This document shows positions 53,712-61,586 of a DNA stretch of 64,000 bases, in pieces. This DNA comes from Rhizaria sp. SCN 62-66 (taxonomy: Eukaryota). A program made the translations under genes and the position numbers. The stretch's first letter is position 1, and every line of letters begins with the position of its first letter. The DNA lies in assembly GCA_001724265.1 (NCBI GenBank), contig MEDY01000011.1, positions 124,001 to 188,000 of the forward strand, read 5' to 3'. Under the pieces are notes generated by a model that searched no databases, was not told where the DNA came from, and worked only from the letters and a program-made list of their open reading frames with translations.

Positions 53712-55229
53712 ATGGACTCCGCTGCCGCTGTTGCCGCCGGTGGTGCTCGCACGCGCGAGCCCAAGAACTCCGTGCATGTGGACAACAACTGGAAGCAGCG
53801 CATTGAGGCTGAGGAGCAGACTGAGACCCACTGGAAGAGTACGTCCTTCGTCCCAACCATCAGAGAAGAGTTTGAGAGTTGCTTTGACATGCTCGCTGTG
53901 ATCGTGAATGGTTGCTCTCTGCATTAAACATGTGTTGTGTTGTTATCATGTGTCTTTATTTGCTTTTTATAGTCCTATCACCTCGTGTGACTACATCAAG
54001 ACGCTCCTCTCGAGCTTCTCACCACTGCTGACACTTATCGCTTCATCATCGCTTCATCTCCATTCTTACTCTGACAATCTGCCCGTCGATCTATTCTTCT
54101 TTGTTCCTCCTCTCGTTTGCCCTGTGCAGAGAACTGGGGCTATCTTGACTCCAAGGCCAACAGCGACGATCCTGCGACCCAGACTACGCGCGCTCTCAAG
54201 GTACGCCGCAGAACCGAAACAACAGCTGTTTCACTTGCTTGCTACAAAGCAACAACGATGACAACTGCACCAGCACACTTTCATTGATCTATCACTCCAA
54301 TATTTTGCTGTTTTGCTCTTAGTGACATTACTGTTTATTTTGTTTGTTTCTCACGCTCTTTCTTCTCTGTTCTCTGTCCGTTCTTCTCTGCATTTTGCTG
54401 CTCGCCACACTCCCTACTCGCCTCCGCGCTCTCCACTCTTGACTCCCGTACAGCACTACTCGCACGCCCAGCTGGCCGAGGAGGCCGCACGCCTGGCCCC
54501 GACCTACGCCTTTGCCTCAACGACCAAGGCGGACCGCTACGACGCCCGCTCCATCGACATGCCCAAGTCCCACGCCGCCACCGCGGCCGCCTCGGGGACC
54601 AGCCGCGGCGCGATGTGGTACGACGACAACGAGGGACACCGCTCGTACGTACTCAAAACTCCACGCAATCAACCTATTCAACGCTGCTGACATATCAGCG
54701 ATGATGTAGAAACCTGACATTTTTCAGCAGGACAAATGTCGAAATACGTCTTGTTACAACTGTTTTCTTCGCTCGTATTTGCATTTGCGCTCTTGTGCTT
54801 ACATTTATTTCTTCCCCCCAACTTCTCTTGCTTTCTTATTTGTATTGCAGCCACATCCGCCTGAACCAGCTCCACAACCCCAACAGCGCCGCTGCGACCT
54901 CCGCGTCGGCATCGGCGTCTGCGCAGGTGCAGCCGCTGTCGAGCACGCGCCAGTGGGACCGCTACTGGGCCTCCGACTCGGCCGCCGTGACGGCAAGCCC
55001 GCACTCTGCCGTGCGCGTGGGCGCGCTCGACACCGCACTGGCGACTTCGATGCAGCCGCGCATCCTGCAGGCCGTGGGCGCGAACCTCGTCACGCCTGGG
55101 GTGGACCCGCAGCGCAAGTACAGCTACCCTCTCACGGCCAGCCAGGAGGTCGGCTGGGCGTGGGGCGGCCGCCGCTCGCTCGAGCTCTTTGGCGTCAGCG
55201 GGCACGGCAAGAAGAACATGAAGTGGTGA
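53712..55229 (+). CDS. Ciliary microtubule-inner-protein-like (C20orf85/CIMIP1- and FAM183-like motifs), 255 aa; exons 53712-53838, 54130-54200, 54454-54644, 54851-55229
   Basis: Three phase-compatible GT-AG introns give NSVHVDNNWKQRIEAEEQTETHWKKNWGYL (cf. C20orf85 W-K-x-R..E..W-x-x-NWGFL) and C-terminal PQRKYSYPLTASQEVGW. Stop TGA. Confidence 0.65.
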
Positions 55230-55939
55230 ATGTTGTGTCAGCAAACGTAAAGCCGGCTATGGACCAGAAATGCAGTGGCTTGAGATTATCGCTTTGTTCT
55301 TTAGTGACTGTGAATTTACTGTGAACTGAGAGAGCACACGCGTACAAGGCTTAGTAAAGCTAAAGTCCTCAGAATGTCGCTTATGAGGGGCCATTGGGAA
55401 CAGAAGAGCAGCGATCTAACAGAACTTGCTATAAATGTTTTGACGACAAAAAGAATACATCCGTCATTAAACTAAAACAATGTAGAACAAATATTTGTTT
55501 GTCACTTTTGTTTACAAGATATACTTTTCTGATATGTGTGTTCATATTGTCATCGCAAACGTTATTGTTACACTTGTTACACTTGTTACAGTATTAGGTA
55601 GTGTATTATGTAGAATTGGTTGTGATATGAATTAGCAAGTCAAGCAGCAGACACAAATAGCAACGTGTGTAAACATCATCTGTACACACTCTCAACGCAC
55701 ACTGATGAAGTCCCGAGTTGCATTCGTTGCCCGCTTCTAATCAGCTCTAACACTGTCGAGAACTGCAGTGTGTGTGATTGTGTGTACGGTCAATCTGCGG
55801 GCAATGGCGCAGCTACTAAAAGCCGCGCGCACCGCCAGCTCTTGCCCACAGTTGTATTGCGTTTCATGTGATCTCGCTCTTGCTCTTGTTGTTTTGCACG
55901 TGAGCTGGTTCTGTCAAATGCAGTGCGGTGTGGGGGCTC

Positions 55940-56435
55940 TTACGCGGAGCCGCCAGAAGAGGCGGCGGCGGCGGCGGCGGCGGTGGCGCGCTTCTCGCTC
56001 TCCTCCTCGATGCCGGCCTGCGTCATGAGGTCGCCGATGGACTTCTCCAGGGCGTCGATGCGCGAGCCCATGTCGTCGACTGCGCAGACAGCAGACAGAT
56101 GCGAAACGGAGTGCAGCGAGAACGTTGGTGAGTCCACGCGAATGTGAAGATAGAAAAGACGTCAGCGTTGGAGACAAGGGTCGAATACAAGGGAAAAATG
56201 CGTAAGAACGTAATGAACAAGAATGTCGACGTAAGATACAGTGATCAAGATGAGATACAAGGGCGGTTTGAAAGACGATAGTGAGTCGAAGGCATGTGAG
56301 GTAGGGAAGACAAGGGGACGTACTGCGGCCGATGATGTTGTCAGACATGGTCTGGAAGCGACCCTGCATGTCGTTCAGAAGACCCTGAACAACGACAGTA
56401 AGGTCCTGCTGAGCCTGGCCATCCTCGAGAGACAT
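55940..56435 (-). CDS. HSBP1: Heat shock factor-binding protein 1, 83 aa; exons 56435-56324 and 56079-55940
   Basis: The spliced product [50 protein letters not shown] is the HSBP1 coiled-coil signature. Intron GTACGT..CAG. Stop TAA. Confidence 0.95.
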
Positions 56436-56953
56436 TGTGAAAGCTGGGAACTGCGGTAGCGCGAACGGGAAGAGTTTCGAGAGAAGAAAGATGAATGATC
56501 GTCAGTTAACGTTGTTCCAGGCAGACACAAGGGAAACTAAAAAGAAAAAATAATGATCTCATATGATTAATTCTATTTTCATTCGTCTAGCTGAGTATTT
56601 GCGACTGTGTGTGGCGAACCAATCGCTCAAAATTGAAACGCTCTCCGAGCCGTTGGAGCCCGGTCAGTCAGTCCAACGACTCTGAGCACGCGACAACGTG
56701 TTAAAGTCACGATATCTCGCGAGGTTCTGGTCATTAATCATACATTTCTGCTCATATGTTGATTCAATTTTAGTTTAGTTTAATTTAATCAAATTTTGCA
56801 GCTATAAAAGATAGCCCCACAAAGGAATCATAAGTTGTACGAAAGAATGAGTGACTGCAGTCACTCCGAAATGCGTATGTATCATCACTTAATGCTATGT
56901 AAATCGCGTATAAACGCTATGTAGACAATAAATATGGTGAAATAATGAAGAAC

Positions 56954-57191
56954 TCACTTCCTTGGAATCCTGTTCGCGGCCGCCGCGCTTGCCCTCGCCT
57001 TGGCCGCAGCAGCAGCCTGAGCCTGGGCCTGAGCTTTTGCTCGCGCCTGCGCCTCCGCCTGCGCCTGGGCCTCGGCCTGAGCGCGCGCCTTGGCCAGCAC
57101 GGCCGCCGGTGGCAGTCCCGTGATGGTCGACGCGCTCGCTGGCACAGCCGCAGCCGCCACAGCGCCAGCGGGCCCTTGCTGCAGCCGTTGT

Positions 57192-57229
<38 letters not shown>

Positions 57230-58529
57230 TTGCTCGGTAGCGCGGCGTTGCGCGGCGAGCAGCGCGGCAGCGCGCGCCGAGGCGGCTTGAATTTGCTCGG
57301 CCTCCTTGCGCGCCCGCAGCACGGGGTCCTCGAAGGCGCGCGGCGGCGGCGGCGTGACGCCGGCGGGCAACACGCCCGGGGTGCGCTGGCGCTTGGCGGC
57401 CGCCTTGACGTCGGCGAGACCCTTGCGGTAGAGCTGCATCTTGACGCTGCGGAGTATTATAACATCATATTATAACAGTGTTGCATCAGTCGAGTCGCGA
57501 TAAAAGACGCGTAACAGAAAGTACGAAGAAGTGGCATCAAGGATGAGAGAACGTTATCAAAAGTTTACATCACGACATTTCACAAAATTTAGCTTGAACG
57601 ATCATTATAACATCTCAAATGAATGTAACATGTTTTAAAAAAACAGCGATAGTATCAATAAAAACATCTACGTTTTGCACAAAGCAATTCTCAGACGTAC
57701 CTGTACAGCGGGTCATCGGTCCGCGGCCGCACCCACCCAGGGATCACGTCTGCCGGCTTCACGCCCTGCTCCTTGCTCAGCAGAATGCGCTCGTGCATCT
57801 CCAGCTTCCGCGCGCCCGCGGGTCCGCCGCCCCCGTCGCGCTGCGAGCCCGCTTTGCTATCTTTGTTGTTATTGCTCAAGTGCAGCGACGCGAAGTGCCC
57901 GTGCTCGCCGCCCGGCGCGCCGCACGCCTCGGTCGGCGGAACATAGAGCCGCGCCGCGTAGGCGTCCTGTCGCCGCAGCGCCGCGTCCACCTCCGCCGCC
58001 GAGGGGCCCGCGGCCGCGCGCGCGCGGGCGCTGGCGTGGAAGGCCTCCTCTGCGGCCGCGGCGGCAGCAGCGGCGGCGGCGGCCTTAGATGCGGCGGCCG
58101 CGGCGGCCGCGGCGGCCGCGGCGGCGGCCGCGGCGGCGGCCTCGGCGTTCTTGCGCGCACTGATGAGGTCGTCCGCGGAGGGGGCCGCGCTGTGGACGGG
58201 CGGAGCGGCGGACTTAGCACCAGCCGCCGCAGATATCGCAGTTGGCGGAACAGGCTTTGCTTTGGCTGCTGCAGTTACAGTCGTGGTTGCAGACGCCGCA
58301 TTCTTGGGCTTGGAGATAAGCTCGTCAATTGTGCAGTCACCATCATTGTCAGCACTACCGCCAGTCTTACTCTTGCTTACACTCTTACTTGCGCGAGCCT
58401 TTGCAGCAGTGGCAGCATCGGCGGCCTTTTGTTGTTCTTTGACGGCATTGTGCGATTTCATACGTTGCGCGTGCGTCATAAATCCGCCCTGAGGGGGCGC
58501 AGAGTCAGCCGCGCTGCTCCTCACACTAC

Positions 58530-58573
<44 letters not shown>

Positions 58574-61140
58574 TTTTTGTTGCCAACATGCGCGAGAGAC
58601 GGCGGGAGCCCGCTCGTAAGCAGACTCATACCGCGGCTGAGGTCGCCGGGGGCAGCGGCCTTGGCCTTGTCCGCGGAGTAAAACACGGGGGGCGACGCTG
58701 TTTGCGAGGCTGCGCTAGCCACGGACGACACGGATGCGCTGTTGCCACTCGAGGAGAGCGTGACTCCAGCGTCAGAACGCGCAGCATCAGAGACTCTGCT
58801 GTAGCTGTCACTGGAGCTTGAGTCAGAGTTCGAGCTGGAGCTGGAGTCAGAATCAGAATCAGAGCTAGAGCTAGAGCTAGAGCTGGAATCGGAGCTCGAG
58901 CTAGAGTCAAAAAGCTCTGCGGAAACCTTCTCAGCCTTCACCCTAGCCAGCGTCTTGGCCGCCAGCAACACTTCCTTAGCCTGAGCCTTGGCAGTCTTCT
59001 TGACCACCGCCGCGGTCGCTGTGGCAGTCTCAGTCGCAATACGCGCACCTGCGTCAGCGTCAGCGTCAGTGCCAGTGGGCTGCGCACGGTCAACCTGCTG
59101 CTGTTGTTGCTCTTCAGAGTTGCTGCACTGCTCGCGCGCCCTCTTGCCTCGAACTGAACTCGTTCTTGCAGCAACGATTGCAGTCGTCGTCGAAGCAGTG
59201 GCAGCATCAGCAGTATCTGGCAACCCACTCGCACCCGCACCCGCATCAGCACAACTCTCAATCGTCGCAAGCTCGCTGCCTTCACTTCTCTGGCCCGAAG
59301 TCGCGTTCTTCGCGCCCACGGTCAAGCTCACGCTCGCAGTTGCGTCGGCGCTTTTGTTAGCGGGAGCCGAAAACGGCGACGCAGCGTGCAGCTTCGCGCC
59401 CGCAATAAACCCCGCGGTGGTGACGGGCCGCGCCGCCAGCACGCCGGTGCTGAAGAGCCGCGCCACGGCGGCCGGCATCGCCGCGGGCCGCACGATCGCG
59501 GTCGCCACTGATGCCGCGGCCGCGCTGTCGAAGGCTGCGCCAGCGTCCGCGCCCGCGTCAGACTTGGACGCCGCTGCAGTTGAGGTCGTCGCTGCAGTGG
59601 CGGTGGTCGCTGAGGGCGAGGGATCTGGAGGTGCGGCTTGAGAGCCTGAGCCAGAGCCTGAGCCAGCGGCAGGTTGAGGGGCAGCGTTCGTGCCGGTAAT
59701 GTCAGTGCTGTTGTTGATTGAGTCAGTTGTCGACAGCGTCGGCAAGGGTAGCTCCGGCAACAAGGAATCATCAGCATGCTGCTACTGCTCTTGCTGCTGT
59801 TGCTGCCGCTGCTGTCGTAGCAGCTCTTCTTGCTGCTGTTGGTCTTGATACTGCACCTGCCGCTGCTGTTGTTGCCACTTGCGCGCCGCTGCCTGCCAGT
59901 CGCGGCCCCCCGCGCCGTACGGCCCGTGGGCAGCGGGGTGACTGTGAGCAGCGGAGTGACCTTGAGCTGCAGAGCGGCCGTTCCCGTAGAACCCCGATGA
60001 AAGCACAGCAGAATTGTAACCGTGATAAGTAGTGCTGTCGGAGCGTTGGCTGCCCGTGTAAGGGCCCGTGTAAGTGCTCGTGTAAGTGCTATTGTACCCA
60101 GTGTTACTGCCGTTGCCCTCGTAGCTCGAGCTCTGCGGAGCATTGTGCTAGGGAGCGTTGTGAGGAGAATAACTGTGGCCGTGACGGTGGCCGTGACCGT
60201 GGTTGTACGAAGATCCGTGGAGTTCGTGGTGTCCGATGTTATCGCGGTGTCCGTCGTTACCGCGGCTGCCGCGGCTGTCGTGGTCGTACCCGTGGCCGCC
60301 GCTGTAGTAGCCGCGGGCAACATCGGCGTGGGCGTGGGCGTGAGCGTGATTATGACCGCCGCGACCGTCGTCGTAGTGGCTGTGGACAGTGCCGTAGCCG
60401 TGTAGTCGCCGATTGTGATCGTGATCATGAGTGGGGACATGAGAGGATGCATATTGACGTTGTTGTTGCTGTTCGCCGTAATAGCCACGAGCATGCCCAG
60501 GCGCGTCATACTGATGAGAAGGAGGGCGCCCATGGCTGCCATAGTGAGAAGCTGGGGGGCGTCGATCATCGATTGCGTAGTGACCGACAGGCTGCGATGG
60601 CGGGGGCCGCACTGCAGCTCCATAGTGAGCTGACGAGGGTCCCGTCTCACTCTAAGAGTTAGCGGGCGGGGTTGGCTCTGCGTCCTTGTAGGGAGCATAA
60701 GAATCCTGTTCATAGCCGTCATACTGGCCCGGTGGAGCCTGTTGCGCACTGGCATAGTGAGCGGACGCTTCGTTTCCATAGTGAACAGACGGAGGGTTAC
60801 CGTCGTACTAGTCGCTGTAGCCGCCGCGATACTGGCCGCGCTCACGGTCACGGTCGTCGCCGTAATAGCCATCCCCACCCATGCTGGCAGCGTTTCCCTG
60901 GTACGAGTTATGATAGCCATACACGTGTCCGTGGCTGCGACCGTAATCATGCTAAGCGCGGCCGTAGTCCTGGCCATGGCTGGGGGCTGGGCCAGGCGCG
61001 CGGTGATATGAGTCACTATAACCAGGATCCTGCGCGCCAGTCGCGTGCGGCGGGATAGCAGGTCCGTGTTGAGGCGCTGGACCGGCCGCGGGAGCTGGCC
61101 CGCCCCACTACGTCTGCGGTGGTGATGGGCCGCGGTTCAT
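56954..61140 (-). CDS. Uncharacterised low-complexity protein, 1,310 codons if six in-frame TAG are read as sense; exons 61140-57701 and 57446-56954
   Basis: ATG 61140 lies next to an AT-rich promoter. Track ORFs 60148..60612, 59782..60006 and 57691..59763 are one frame broken only by TAG. Intron 57700-57447 (GTACGT..CAG) joins ORF 56954..57439 in phase. Composition: Tyr/Gly/His-rich N-terminus, polyQ, polyS, polyA. Stop TGA. Confidence 0.7.
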
Positions 61141-61586
61141 CTTGCGACTGTGCGGCACAAACACGAAGTTGAAGAGTAATAAATAAATTCACATAAAATT
61201 AATGTAAGATATTTTTTCAAAATGATGCCAAATTCTGATTTGACGAAGCATAGCTGACGCATGAGATGCAAATTAAAACCGGTATTGAGGCGGGCCCCGG
61301 TTCGCGAAAAATCTCCAAACCAATTTCGAGGGAGGCTGGAAGCGGGTGATTTGGTCCCAACCCGCGTTGGAAGAGGGTGTGTGTGACCGTCAGGTTATTC
61401 TCTGAGTGGATTTCGGATACGTCTGTAGTCCGAATTAGGTGATTTTCATTAAGAGAGCGGTTGCATCAGCCTTTCTCTTGTTGAACCTCTACCTCCTTTG
61501 AGGCAGTGCTCCTCTGTCTTTCGGAGCCCCCTTCTTCCGCCCTCGCGTCCGCAGCCCCCTGAAGGCTCACAGACTCGTGGTCGCGC

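Noticed and set aside
58790-58910. GAGCTA/GAGCTG-type tandem repeats resembling an array
   Set aside because: They encode a poly-Ser/Asp tract in the minus-strand gene; there is no repeat-spacer structure, so not CRISPR.
59328-61016. 562-aa minus-strand ORF (MTHITARL...) as the real product of the TAG region
   Set aside because: It looks like a shifted-frame shadow: Thr/Ala/Met-rich, polyQ becomes polyS/N, and it does not join the downstream 690-aa ORF. The same artefact appears over the next gene (62533..63603). It is not formally excluded without proteomics.
59782-61110. TAG read as Trp (A-to-I editing), Leu or pyrrolysine
   Set aside because: The contexts (polyQ, HNAP*/HNAPQ, *YDG/QYDG) fit Gln much better, and there is no pyl machinery in the window. 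Leu cannot be strictly excluded without alignments.
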